Shown here: positions 41,889-51,842 of the stretch, one piece after another
Numbering within the stretch: position 1 is the first letter of the stretch
Layout of the letters: every line of letters begins with the position of its first letter
Assembly (NCBI GenBank): GCA_040377305.1
Contig: JBEIPA010000016.1
Span: 32,001-96,000, forward strand
Length of the DNA: 64,000 nucleotides
Direction: 5' to 3'
DNA from: Flavobacteriales bacterium
GTDB lineage: Bacteria > Bacteroidota > Bacteroidia > Palsa-965
The notes under the pieces: generated by a model
Seen by the model: only the letters and a program-made list of their open reading frames with translations
What the model was told of the DNA's origin: nothing
Databases searched by the model: none
Translations under genes and position numbers: made by a program

Positions 41889-44405
41889 ATGATGAGAAAA
41901 TTTACCCTGAGCCTGGCATTGCTGACGATTACAGTTGTTTCAGGTTTTTCCCAAATCAATATTCAATGGGCTTCGCGCTATACTTCTGCGGGGAGCAATA
42001 TTGATCGCGCTGTTGATCTTGCGCGCGACTTATCGGGAAACGTGATTGTAACAGGCACGAGTTGGAATGGAACCGACTTTGATGTTGTAACAGTGAAATA
42101 CGATCCGGCCGGAAACGAATTGTGGAACCGTTCTTTCAATGGAGCTGGGGCCGGATTCGATGAAGCACGCGCAATTTACGCAGATGCTGCCGGGAATGTT
42201 TACGTTACTGGATTTACTGAAGGTGCTTCGTCTAATTACAACGTTATTACAATCATGTATGACGCTGCGGGTACTCAACAGTGGGCTACGTCATTCAATG
42301 GAACAGCAAACGGCTTTGATGAAGGTTACGATGTAATGGCCGATGGTTCCGGTAACGTCTACGTGACTGGCGGAACAACTACGACCACTTCGAATAACAA
42401 CTATGTTACCGTTAAGTATAACTCATCGGGAGTTCAGCAGTGGGCAACTATTTACAGCAATAGCAATACGACTAACGTTGAGTGTGCGTATGCAATGGAC
42501 ATGGATGCAGCAGGAAACGTCTATGTTACCGGTGCTAGTTACGGTGGCGCGGCGGTCGATTGCGATGTTGCAACGTTGATGTACAACAACGCAGGTGTTC
42601 AGCAATGGGTTCGTCGTTATAATGGTCCCGGAACACGTTTCGATGCTGGACAAGATATTGCGGTTAACGCAGCTGGTGAAGTATTTGTTTGTGGATACGC
42701 ACGTGGCGCTGTTGGAATTACGAATTACGACGGACTTGTGATTAAGTATGATGCCACAGCTACTCAAGTTTGGGTTCAAACCTATAACGGTACAGGAAAC
42801 GATTACGACCGTTTCAATCGTTTGCTGTTGTTATCCAATGGAAATATAATGGTTACAGGACGTTCTGTTGGTACAATTACTACTGCAGAAGATCTGATTC
42901 TGTCTAACTACAACGGAACTTCGGGAACATTAATCTGGCAGCGCATCTACGATGGTGGATTTACGCAGTATGATGAAGGAAAAGATTTAACGGCAGACAT
43001 GAACGGAGACGTTTACGTTACCGGCTATTCCTATAATACCGGATCGAACAATAACTATATCACGTTTAAGTACGACACTCTTGGTAACATGATCTGGAAT
43101 GTGAAGTACAACGGTCCCGCAAGCAATTCAGATCAGGCTTACAGCATGACGGTAGATAACATCGGAAATATTTATCTGACAGGTTTGAGCAAAGGTGCCG
43201 GAACCAACGACGATTACAATACAATAAAATATTGTCAGCTCACCACAACTACGAATGGTGATACCACCATTTGTTTGGGAGATGATGTTCAACTCGGCGC
43301 ATCGAGTTCTTTCGCTGGAATTGACACGATTGTGTATTCTCCAACGACATATCTCGACTTAACCGATCCATTGAATCCTATTGCAACGCCTGCGATAACT
43401 ACAACGTATGTAGTTGCGCTGACTAATACTTTTGGTTGCACAGATTACGATACGGTAACCATTAACGTTGTTCCCCTCCCAGGTCCGCAGATTCAATCCA
43501 GTGGTCCGCTTGGATTCTGTCAGGGTGATTCTGTAACACTCACGGCAGTTGATACTACCAATGGTGGAGCATCATTCGTTTGGAATACAACAGACACCAC
43601 TGCGAGCATCACCGTTTCTACTGCGGGCGTGTATTCTGTAATCATCACGGATACGAATACCTGTCAGAGTCAAAGTCAGGTTACTGTTGCCGTGTACGGA
43701 TTGCCGAACATCATAGCTGGAAACGATACTGGATTCTGTCAGAGTTCGAGTATCACTATTTGCGCAACGGGCGGTACAAATTACGCGTGGTCACCAAGTT
43801 TTGGAGTAAGTGACACTACACTTGCTTGTCCAACTTTCGGTCCTACATCAACGCAAACTTATGTTGTTACCGGTACCGACGTTAATGGTTGTGCGAATGT
43901 TGATTCTGTAATCTTGTCGCTCTTCCCGCTTCCATCTGTGCCCGTTATTTCTCAGAACGTGCAGGTACTGACATCCACTTCTGCTGCAACTTACCAATGG
44001 TATTTTAACAGCAATCCTATTCCGGGAGCAACAAGTCAGAGCTACACGCCCACGGCAAACGGGACGTACTATGTGATCATTACAGATACAAACGGTTGCT
44101 CGGCATTCTCATCTACATATTCGATGGCCGACGTTGGTATGAATGAAATTGTTCTTGATGGAGGATTGTCTATGTATCCGAATCCGAACAGCGGCACATT
44201 CTACATTGTAACAGATCTGAATGACCAGGCCGCATCACTTGAAATGATTTCCATCACCGGACAGGTTGTTTACAACGAACAATTGGAAGCGGACGGATTC
44301 ATTCGTAAAGAAATGAATGCAGGCGTTGAAGACGGATCGTATATCGTTCGCATAACACTGAACGATGGTACTGTGAAGCTTGGACGCGTAGTGATTTCCC
44401 ACTAA
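41889..44405 (+). CDS. SBBP beta-propeller repeat protein, T9SS type A cargo
   Basis: Repeated DAAGNVYVTG...TVKY..G.QQW; YPNP CTD. Confidence 0.88.
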   Translation: MMRKFTLSLALLTITVVSGFSQINIQWASRYTSAGSNIDRAVDLARDLSGNVIVTGTSWNGTDFDVVTVKYDPAGNELWNRSFNGAGAGFDEARAIYADAAGNVYVTGFTEGASSNYNVITIMYDAAGTQQWATSFNGTANGFDEGYDVMADGSGNVYVTGGTTTTTSNNNYVTVKYNSSGVQQWATIYSNSNTTNVECAYAMDMDAAGNVYVTGASYGGAAVDCDVATLMYNNAGVQQWVRRYNGPGTRFDAGQDIAVNAAGEVFVCGYARGAVGITNYDGLVIKYDATATQVWVQTYNGTGNDYDRFNRLLLLSNGNIMVTGRSVGTITTAEDLILSNYNGTSGTLIWQRIYDGGFTQYDEGKDLTADMNGDVYVTGYSYNTGSNNNYITFKYDTLGNMIWNVKYNGPASNSDQAYSMTVDNIGNIYLTGLSKGAGTNDDYNTIKYCQLTTTTNGDTTICLGDDVQLGASSSFAGIDTIVYSPTTYLDLTDPLNPIATPAITTTYVVALTNTFGCTDYDTVTINVVPLPGPQIQSSGPLGFCQGDSVTLTAVDTTNGGASFVWNTTDTTASITVSTAGVYSVIITDTNTCQSQSQVTVAVYGLPNIIAGNDTGFCQSSSITICATGGTNYAWSPSFGVSDTTLACPTFGPTSTQTYVVTGTDVNGCANVDSVILSLFPLPSVPVISQNVQVLTSTSAATYQWYFNSNPIPGATSQSYTPTANGTYYVIITDTNGCSAFSSTYSMADVGMNEIVLDGGLSMYPNPNSGTFYIVTDLNDQAASLEMISITGQVVYNEQLEADGFIRKEMNAGVEDGSYIVRITLNDGTVKLGRVVISH

Positions 44406-44413
44406 ATCTTTTT

Positions 44414-45157
44414 ATGTCCATACTTGGGGTTATTCCGGCACGATTTGCATCTACACGATTTCCGGGTAAGCCACTCACTGTGATTAATGGGAAAACCATG
44501 ATTCGCCGTGTGTATGAACAGTCTGCTGCTTCGAAAAAGCTCTCGAAAGTTGTTGTTGCAACAGATGATGAACGCATCTTCAGTGAAGTGAAATCTTTCG
44601 GCGGAGAAGTTGTGATGACTTCTGATCAGCACCGAAGCGGGACCGATCGCTGCGCAGAAACAGTCTCGGTTGTTTCCGGCGATTGGAGTGCTGTCATCAA
44701 CATTCAGGGTGATGAGCCATTCATTCAACCCGAACAAATAGATTTACTCGCCGGCTTATTTGCGGATTCAGAAGTGAAGATCGGCACACTCGTAAAGAAG
44801 CTCACTGATCCGGCTGATCTCGACAATCCGAACACGATGAAGGTTGTGCTCAACACAAAAGGAAACGGAATGTATTTCAGTCGTTCGTGTATTCCGTTTG
44901 TGCGCGGTTTCGATAAAGCGGATTGGCTGAAGGCGAATTTCTTTTACAAACACATCGGCATTTACGGCTATCGCACAGAAACGCTGATGGAAATCACAAA
45001 GCTTTCTCCCGGCAAATTGGAAGTTGCAGAATCGCTTGAACAGTTGCGTTGGCTGGAGAACGGATACTCCATTCGTACTGCATTCACAGAATTTGAAACG
45101 ATTTCTATCGACGTTCCATCCGATCTCGATAAGCTCAAAGCAGCAGGACTAATGTAA
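44414..45157 (+). CDS. kdsB: 3-deoxy-manno-octulosonate cytidylyltransferase
   Basis: IPARFASTRFPGKPL, SGTDRC, NIQGDEP, ESLEQLRWL. Confidence 0.96.
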   Translation: MSILGVIPARFASTRFPGKPLTVINGKTMIRRVYEQSAASKKLSKVVVATDDERIFSEVKSFGGEVVMTSDQHRSGTDRCAETVSVVSGDWSAVINIQGDEPFIQPEQIDLLAGLFADSEVKIGTLVKKLTDPADLDNPNTMKVVLNTKGNGMYFSRSCIPFVRGFDKADWLKANFFYKHIGIYGYRTETLMEITKLSPGKLEVAESLEQLRWLENGYSIRTAFTEFETISIDVPSDLDKLKAAGLM

Positions 45158-45181
45158 GTCGGCGGCACCAAACTTCACCTT

Positions 45182-45427
45182 ATGTTTATTGATCGCCTTT
45201 TCACGAAAAACCCTTCGGTTAAACGTCACATTGCCAAAACGATTACGTGGAGAATAGTTGGAACAATAGACACGATGATCATAGGCTGGCTCATCACCGG
45301 TGATCCATTGACTGGTGTGAAAATCGGTGGTGTTGAAGTGTTAACCAAAATGTTTTTGTACTTCATGCACGAGCGCGTCTGGTTCAAGGTTAATTACGGC
45401 CTTCCTCATCGCGAGAAAACACAGTAA
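45182..45427 (+). CDS. DUF2061 domain small membrane protein
   Basis: KTITWRIVGTIDT...LYFMHERVW. Confidence 0.88.
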   Translation: MFIDRLFTKNPSVKRHIAKTITWRIVGTIDTMIIGWLITGDPLTGVKIGGVEVLTKMFLYFMHERVWFKVNYGLPHREKTQ

Positions 45428-45468
45428 GCGAAAAGTGAAGAAAACGTACCTTAGCGTGCACATTCTGT

Positions 45469-46821
45469 ATGGCTAAACGTATTATAATAGTTGGCGGAGG
45501 TTTATCGGGCACGTTGCTAGCGTTACAACTTGCCGGAAACAAAGATGCCGAGATCATTATGCTGGAGAAAAATCCGCAGATGCTCGGACGAGGAATTGCC
45601 TATCACTACGACTTTACGCATCAACCACTCAACGTTCCTGCAGTTGGAATGAGTTTGTATCCGGATAAGATGGATCACTTTGTAGAGTGGCTGAATCAAA
45701 ATAGTTTTCGCTACAATCACCTCTTACCAACTGTTTCGCCAAAAACATTTGTACCGCGAAAAATATTCGGCGATTACATCGTTGAACATTTGAATCGTGC
45801 ACATCATGAACATGCCGGATCTTTTCAGATACGCATTGATGAAGTGTTGTCGATCAAACGCAATGGCGCAAAACTCGAGGCCACTCTGGAGTCAGGAATA
45901 ACGCTTGAAGCAGATCACATTGTTCTTGCACTCGGAAATTTTCCTCCGGGAGATTTATTTCCTGATAATCCTGATGTACTCAAAGCACAAGGCTATTTCC
46001 CGAATCCATGGACGGATCGCGTTTACTCGCATCTCGATGGCAACGAAAATATTTTACTCGTTGGAACCGGGCTCACTGCAGTTGATGTTGTGCTCGGACT
46101 GAAGACCAGAAATTTCAAAGGGAAAATTACCATGCTTTCGCGCAGAGGAAAACTTCCGTTGCCTCACGATCTTTCTCAGCCTGCCGTTGAAATTGCAGAT
46201 CCCGGATACTTGTCGCCACGCGATGCATTCCGTTGGGTAACGAATGAAATACGCAAACGCAGAAACATTCCGTGGACTTCTGTGATGGATGGAATTCGTC
46301 CGCACACACAAAACGTATGGAAGCGGTGGAGCTGGGACGAGAAAAAATATTTCATGCGTCGTCTTCGCCCGATTTGGGAAGTGGTGCGTCACCGTATTCC
46401 TGCGCAATCGTCGACCATTCTCAACGACATGGTTGCTGCCGGACAACTTCACATCGGCAAAGCGAAAATTAATTCGGCGAAACTGCATGCGAATGGCATT
46501 GAAGTTTTCTGGAGCGACGACAACGGCAATCACACCGGTGTTTACCAGAAAGTGATCAATTGCACCGGACCAGAATCGAATTATCGAAAAGTAAAATTGC
46601 CTGTGCTCGCGAATCTTGTTGAGCAGGGATTGCTTGTGAATGATCCGCTCGGCCTTGGAATACTCTGCACCGAAGACGGAAAAATTCTGGACAAGAACAA
46701 CGAAGCGGTTACCGGATTGTGGTGCATGGGTCCAATGCGAAAAGCTGTATTGTGGGAAACAACCGCGATCAGGGAGTTGAGACTGCAGGCGAAGGAGCTG
46801 GCAGGATTGGTGACTATGTGA
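45469..46821 (+). CDS. FAD/NAD(P)-binding protein (YdhS-like)
   Basis: GGGLSG, GRGIAY, FVPRKIFG, GTGLTAVD, INCTGP, WETTAI. Confidence 0.85.
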   Translation: MAKRIIIVGGGLSGTLLALQLAGNKDAEIIMLEKNPQMLGRGIAYHYDFTHQPLNVPAVGMSLYPDKMDHFVEWLNQNSFRYNHLLPTVSPKTFVPRKIFGDYIVEHLNRAHHEHAGSFQIRIDEVLSIKRNGAKLEATLESGITLEADHIVLALGNFPPGDLFPDNPDVLKAQGYFPNPWTDRVYSHLDGNENILLVGTGLTAVDVVLGLKTRNFKGKITMLSRRGKLPLPHDLSQPAVEIADPGYLSPRDAFRWVTNEIRKRRNIPWTSVMDGIRPHTQNVWKRWSWDEKKYFMRRLRPIWEVVRHRIPAQSSTILNDMVAAGQLHIGKAKINSAKLHANGIEVFWSDDNGNHTGVYQKVINCTGPESNYRKVKLPVLANLVEQGLLVNDPLGLGILCTEDGKILDKNNEAVTGLWCMGPMRKAVLWETTAIRELRLQAKELAGLVTM

Positions 46822-46940
46822 TTCCGAACTATTTCCCATGTGGTGCTTACCATGCGTTATATGGTGAGTTTCAGCACAATTCGATTATGCTGAATACTCC
46901 AAAACCCCTGATTTTTCCGTATTTTTGGAGACTATTCCCG

Positions 46941-48020
46941 ATGGAAAAGTTCGCCCGCACAACACATTACATTTCAGAACTACTGTTCACTCACGATTGC
47001 GTGATTGTTCCGTCGTTCGGTGGATTTGTGTGTACGTATGCGCCGGCGAAAGTTCATCCTGCACAGCATCTTTTCACACCACCTTCTAAAAGTGTTTTCT
47101 TCAACAAGCATTTGCAGAACAATGACGGTTTGCTCGTTAACGCGATTGCAACTGCTGTGCCTTGCTCGTTTGAAGAAGCCCTGAAAGATGTGAATGCATT
47201 TGTGGCATCGGTGCAACAAGAAATCAAACAAGGTCGCAAAGTCGATTTGCCGCATTTGGGAACACTCGTTGTTGATCCCGAAGGAAATGTTTCTTTCGAG
47301 AGCGCACCAGATGTGAACTTCCTGGTGGAATCATTCGGACTTTCTTCCTTCCAGAGCATGCCAGTACTACGCGAAGGTGTAGTAGAGAAAGCGGTAGTGA
47401 AAGAAGCCGTAATCCGCGACATCAACGAAGGCAAAGAAGAAAAAGTAATTCCTACTCCGGGCTTCCGTGTCTGGAGAGCTGCGGCAATCATGGCTCTGCC
47501 GTTGATTGCATTCGGAGCCATGTTCATGCTTAATTCAAATTTCCGTGGAGCTACAATGGCTACGCTTGGAATTTCTTCAGGCGAACCTGCACTCTATTCT
47601 CCTGAAACGTATTTCAGGAAAGACGATATTTCTCAGAAGCAGAATGTGAAGCCTGATGCTAACGGAAACTATGTTTTATCACTGGACAGTACGAGTCCGG
47701 GAATGATGGTGAGCATTTATAAAGTTGCGCGTGAAACGACCGACGTTGAATTGAACATTCGCAAGGATGTTGCAACTGTTGTTCCGGTTGATGCTTCGAA
47801 ATACTACATCATTGCAGGTGCATTCGGTGTTCCGCAAAACGCAGAGAACTATCGCAAGGCACTTATCGCAAAAGGTTATAAGCCGGTGGTTCTCGACAAC
47901 GTTCGTTCGAAGCTCACACACATTGCACTCTCGGGATTCAACTCGAAAGAAGAAGCGGCTGCGTTTCTTACTACCATCAAAGGCGATTTGCCGGATGCGT
48001 GGATACTCAAACAAAAATAA
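46941..48020 (+). CDS. SPOR domain protein with HU-CCDC81-like N-terminus
   Basis: LLFTHDCVIVPSFGGF, NNDGLL, TM, YYIIAGAF..NA, DAWIL. Confidence 0.85.
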   Translation: MEKFARTTHYISELLFTHDCVIVPSFGGFVCTYAPAKVHPAQHLFTPPSKSVFFNKHLQNNDGLLVNAIATAVPCSFEEALKDVNAFVASVQQEIKQGRKVDLPHLGTLVVDPEGNVSFESAPDVNFLVESFGLSSFQSMPVLREGVVEKAVVKEAVIRDINEGKEEKVIPTPGFRVWRAAAIMALPLIAFGAMFMLNSNFRGATMATLGISSGEPALYSPETYFRKDDISQKQNVKPDANGNYVLSLDSTSPGMMVSIYKVARETTDVELNIRKDVATVVPVDASKYYIIAGAFGVPQNAENYRKALIAKGYKPVVLDNVRSKLTHIALSGFNSKEEAAAFLTTIKGDLPDAWILKQK

Positions 48021-48137
48021 TGTGTTAATGGGTTAATGTGCTAATGTGCTAAAATATTTAGCTGGCATTGCGCATCCACTTTTCCACTTGTCAACCTTCG
48101 GCTCCTCCGCCGCGACGGACAGTCTGACAATTAGCCA

Positions 48138-48521
48138 CTAACCGGCATTCTTCATCCACTGCTCTACCCTACGAACGAGAAATTCCATTCGGACAGGTTT
48201 TGTGAGGTATGCATCGGCGTCCATTTTGAAACCGAGATCCTTTGCGTAAGATTGGTTGAGTGCAGAGAGGAATACAATTTGTGTTTTCTCAAAGAGCGGA
48301 TTCTCGCGCAATTTCATGCAGGTTTCGTAACCGTTTAATCCCGGCATGAGAATGTCGAGCAGAATTAAATCAGGTTCGAATTTCACAGCAAGTTCGTAAC
48401 CGGAAATTCCATCTGCAGCCGAAACAACGATGTAACCACGTTTAGCGAGATTGTACGATACAAATTCGCGGATATCCGGTTCGTCGTCGACAATAAGAAT
48501 GCGTTTTCCGGGTAAGTTCAT
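48138..48521 (-). CDS. Single-domain response regulator
   Basis: ILIVDDE, LLDILMP, YLTKP. Confidence 0.9.
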   Translation of the reverse strand: MNLPGKRILIVDDEPDIREFVSYNLAKRGYIVVSAADGISGYELAVKFEPDLILLDILMPGLNGYETCMKLRENPLFEKTQIVFLSALNQSYAKDLGFKMDADAYLTKPVRMEFLVRRVEQWMKNAG

Positions 48522-48614
48522 GAGCTACGTTTTGATTACAAACGTAAGACCTCTGCGCTACCCGAAAATTAAGGGCGCGTTACCGAACCGTTATACTAAA
48601 AAGCTAAAGTCAGA

Positions 48615-48648
48615 AGGATGATAGGATGATAGGATGATAGGATGATAG
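48615..48648. repeat. Perfect octamer tandem repeat (aggatgat)x4
   Basis: Read directly. Confidence 0.9.
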
Positions 48649-48703
48649 AAAAAGTAATCGAATCATCTGATCCGTATCCAAATATCGGCACTAAAGCGAA
48701 AAC

Positions 48704-49279
48704 TTAAGGAATTGGCGGCGGAGAAGGCGGTGCTGGTGGCACGTCAGCCTTGTTCTCCCGATTCTTTTTGTAGATCACTGTTGCGATATACAACGACACG
48801 CCGAGGAAAATAAGAATGATACCGCCCCAGATCCAACCGGAAGTTGGTTTCACCACAATGAGCAATACAATCACAAACAGAAGTATTGTAGCCACTTCAT
48901 TCCACAACCGTAGTGCGAATGATTGCCACGGAAAAATGTTCTTCTGTTGCTTCTGAAACAACATTTGGGTTTGAAAGTGATACAACATTAGTCCAAACAC
49001 GAAGCACAGTTTCAGAATCATCCACGGTTGTTGTATGAAATATGCGAAGTTGTCGAACAGTAACCAGCTGCCGAAAATGAACGTGAGGATCATCGCCGGC
49101 CAGCTTATGCCGTACCAGAGACGACGCTGCATGATTTTGAATTGCGACGACAGAATAGTCCGCTCCGTTTCGCTCTTAATCTGCGCTTCTACATGGTAAA
49201 TGAGCAAACGCGGCATATAAAACAGCGCTGCGAACCAGGCAACCATGAAGATAATGTGGAGAGATTTTACGTAGAGCAT
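48704..49279 (-). CDS. hemJ: Protoporphyrinogen IX oxidase HemJ (CopD family)
   Basis: KSLHIIFMVAWFAALFYMPRL, RLWNEVAT. Confidence 0.87.
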   Translation of the reverse strand: MLYVKSLHIIFMVAWFAALFYMPRLLIYHVEAQIKSETERTILSSQFKIMQRRLWYGISWPAMILTFIFGSWLLFDNFAYFIQQPWMILKLCFVFGLMLYHFQTQMLFQKQQKNIFPWQSFALRLWNEVATILLFVIVLLIVVKPTSGWIWGGIILIFLGVSLYIATVIYKKNRENKADVPPAPPSPPPIP

Positions 49280-49298
49280 CTGTGCGAAGGTACGAAAA

Positions 49299-49377
49299 CA
49301 GTAGCAGCGGCAGTCGCAGTAGCAGTCAGTAAACAGTTCACTTCCAACTGACTGCTACTGCTACTGCTACTGCTACT
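49299..49377. repeat. Hexamer-periodic inverted repeat
   Basis: cagtag-type x4 versus ctactg-type x4; perfect 15-bp IR 49316-49330/49347-49361. Confidence 0.85.
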
Positions 49378-49401
49378 AATTCGCTAACTTTGTGTCCACA
49401 A

Positions 49402-49740
49402 ATGGACTCTACCCGTCAACAAAAATTCTCCCGCCTCATTCAGAAGGAACTTGGGGAAATATTCCTGCTGGAAACAAAAGGGAAATTCGGCAACATCATG
49501 ATTACCGTGACTGAAACGCGCGTGAGTCCTGATCTGGGTATGGCCAAAGTTTACGTGAGTCTTTTTCCTGTGAAGGATAAGGAGCAGGTCCTTACGTTAA
49601 TCAAGAAGAATACATCTGAAATTCGCGGCTTGCTTGGGAAACGCATTCGTCATCAGGCACGGGTAATTCCTGAACTCGTGTTCTACATTGACGATTCACT
49701 TGATTACGCTGAGCGTATCAATGAGTTGCTGAAAAAATAA
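49402..49740 (+). CDS. rbfA: 30S ribosome-binding factor A
   Basis: RQQK..RLIQKEL, VSPDLGMAKVYVS, PELVFYIDDS. Confidence 0.95.
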   Translation: MDSTRQQKFSRLIQKELGEIFLLETKGKFGNIMITVTETRVSPDLGMAKVYVSLFPVKDKEQVLTLIKKNTSEIRGLLGKRIRHQARVIPELVFYIDDSLDYAERINELLKK

Positions 49741-49751
49741 TTGTTGTTGCA

Positions 49752-50450
49752 ATGAAACACGTGATTGTACTGTGCCTCTCGGTACTGTTGCATTTTTCCA
49801 TTTCAGGACAGAATGTAGCCTTGACACAGTTCAAAGATTCCATTGTACCCAAGACAGGCAAAGGCGATTTATACGACATCAATAAATCACCGAACAGATT
49901 TATCGTTTCAGCACGACGGGACTCTTTCCGCGTTTCAATGAGTGGGAATATAGACACGACCCGTTGTCAATTAATGATTCCGCAAGGTCTGCTCGAAGGT
50001 CATACATTAGGTTCTGCAGGTGGATACTTACTTCGTTTTTCGAATGCAGAGAATGCACGACCTGATACAATTTTTGATCGCCCGGTTCGACATGTTGTTG
50101 GCGCGCATCGTACTGTTTACTTCACCAGCAGCGTTTGGAATCCGGCTCAACGTTACGGTCACCTTTACATTCTTGATACGGTAAAGTCTGCGTTCAAAGC
50201 TAAACTGGTTGCTGAATTCGATTACCCGATCCGCCAACTCTGTACCGTTCACGATTCTCTTTATCTCATCACCGGCGGAAAACTGTACCGCTTCCAGTTT
50301 GGCAGATCTGTCTACGTTGCCGATGTTCCCTTCACGTGCAATTCGATGGCCGGCCATGGGCGCTACATGTATTTCGGAATGAACGGCGCCTATGCCCGAC
50401 TCGATCTCAAAACCAATCGATACCGGTATTTTGTATACGTTGGGAAATAA
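49752..50450 (+). CDS. Secreted hypothetical protein
   Basis: Signal peptide, beta-rich sequence, in operon position. Confidence 0.65.
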   Translation: MKHVIVLCLSVLLHFSISGQNVALTQFKDSIVPKTGKGDLYDINKSPNRFIVSARRDSFRVSMSGNIDTTRCQLMIPQGLLEGHTLGSAGGYLLRFSNAENARPDTIFDRPVRHVVGAHRTVYFTSSVWNPAQRYGHLYILDTVKSAFKAKLVAEFDYPIRQLCTVHDSLYLITGGKLYRFQFGRSVYVADVPFTCNSMAGHGRYMYFGMNGAYARLDLKTNRYRYFVYVGK

Positions 50451-50479
50451 CCAATCCGTATAATGAATATCTTTCCATT

Positions 50480-51709
50480 GTGAACCTCCCGTTTTTCGTT
50501 GCCCGACGTTATCTGTTTTCGAAAAAGTCTTCGAATGCAGTGAACATTGTTACGCGAATTTCCCTTGCATGCGTGTGCGTGGTGACAGCTGCACTGGTGA
50601 TCATTCTTTCTGCAATGAATGGATTATCGGGCTTAGTGGAATCATTGTACAATTGTTTTCACAGCGACATTCGCATCACCGCAGAAAAAGGAAAAACGAT
50701 TGTCATTGATTCAGCGACAACACTTGAACTTCAGAAAATACCCGGAGTAATTTGGTGCCACGAAATTGTGGATGAGCAGGGAATTGCAGAAGCGCATGAG
50801 AAACAACGGTTCGTGACATTGCGCGGGGTTGAAGACGAGTACGTGACAAATACACGTTTTGACACGACGGTGAAGTTGGGCGAGTTTGATTTGCATCCGA
50901 ATGGAATGACAGGCGCAGTGGCCGGACAGGAAATCGGAAATATGCTTGAGCTTGGAATGCAAACCGAATTGCGGGTGTTTGTCCCGAAGCGGGATCAGAA
51001 TCTCACTTTCGACATTAACGATCCCAGTGCAGAAGTCTTTAACGAAAAACTCACGTTTGTAAGCGGACTTTATTTCGTAAGCAGCGACTTCGACAATAAA
51101 TATATTTTTCTGCCGATAGAAACTGTACGTGAACTATTGGGCTACACCAATGAATGTACTTCGGTTGAGTTAGGAATAGCGCCCGGTGTAAACTCAGACG
51201 AAGTGCAGGTAGCAGTCGCGGATATTCTTGGGGCTGGATATAAAGTGGAAACGCGGTACCAGCAGAATGAAGTGCTTTACAAAACTCTGAAGTCGGAAAA
51301 GATGTGGACGTTTCTTATTCTGATTTTCGTTTTGGTGATTGCGACCTTCAACACCATTGGTTCATTGACTCTTCTGATTATCGAGAAGAAAAAAGACATT
51401 GGTGTTTTGTGGAGCATGGGTGCCGGCAGAACAATTATTCGCAGGATTTTCTTTACCGAAGGATTACTGATTTCGCTGGCGGGAACAATCAGCGGAATTG
51501 CATTGGGCTTGTTAGTGTGCGTCTTGCAGCAACAGTTTGGTCTGATTCGTTTCGGTGAGGGATTTGTGGTGGATTATTATCCGGTTGAAATTAACTTAAG
51601 CGATCTGACGAATATATTAATCGCGGTTACGGCTATTGGATTGCTGGCAGCGTGGTATCCAGTGAATGTTTATACGCGAAAATATCAGCATATCAAATTT
51701 AACGGCTAG
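50480..51709 (+). CDS. ABC transporter permease, LolC/E (FtsX-like) family
   Basis: VARRYLFSKK, SAMNG, IIEKKKDIG, IFFTEG; GTG start. Confidence 0.9.
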   Translation: MNLPFFVARRYLFSKKSSNAVNIVTRISLACVCVVTAALVIILSAMNGLSGLVESLYNCFHSDIRITAEKGKTIVIDSATTLELQKIPGVIWCHEIVDEQGIAEAHEKQRFVTLRGVEDEYVTNTRFDTTVKLGEFDLHPNGMTGAVAGQEIGNMLELGMQTELRVFVPKRDQNLTFDINDPSAEVFNEKLTFVSGLYFVSSDFDNKYIFLPIETVRELLGYTNECTSVELGIAPGVNSDEVQVAVADILGAGYKVETRYQQNEVLYKTLKSEKMWTFLILIFVLVIATFNTIGSLTLLIIEKKKDIGVLWSMGAGRTIIRRIFFTEGLLISLAGTISGIALGLLVCVLQQQFGLIRFGEGFVVDYYPVEINLSDLTNILIAVTAIGLLAAWYPVNVYTRKYQHIKFNG

Positions 51710-51842
51710 CCAGCCTGCAGTCGGACAGTCTGCAGTCATCAACGACGGTTCATCTTCTAAATTCGAGTCTTTGTCTGAATTAATACTGGCGTAATGCAAT
51801 GCCAATATTGCACAGGTACGTTTGTGCTGTAAATATTACTTC

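Noticed and set aside
41889-43260. Internal DNA repeats in the SBBP gene and in the PKD genes
   Set aside because: Explained by protein domain repeats.
46054-46839. Long antisense ORFs (261 aa here; also 25319-25954 and 13561-14115)
   Set aside because: Shadows of well-supported genes on the opposite strand, with no motifs.
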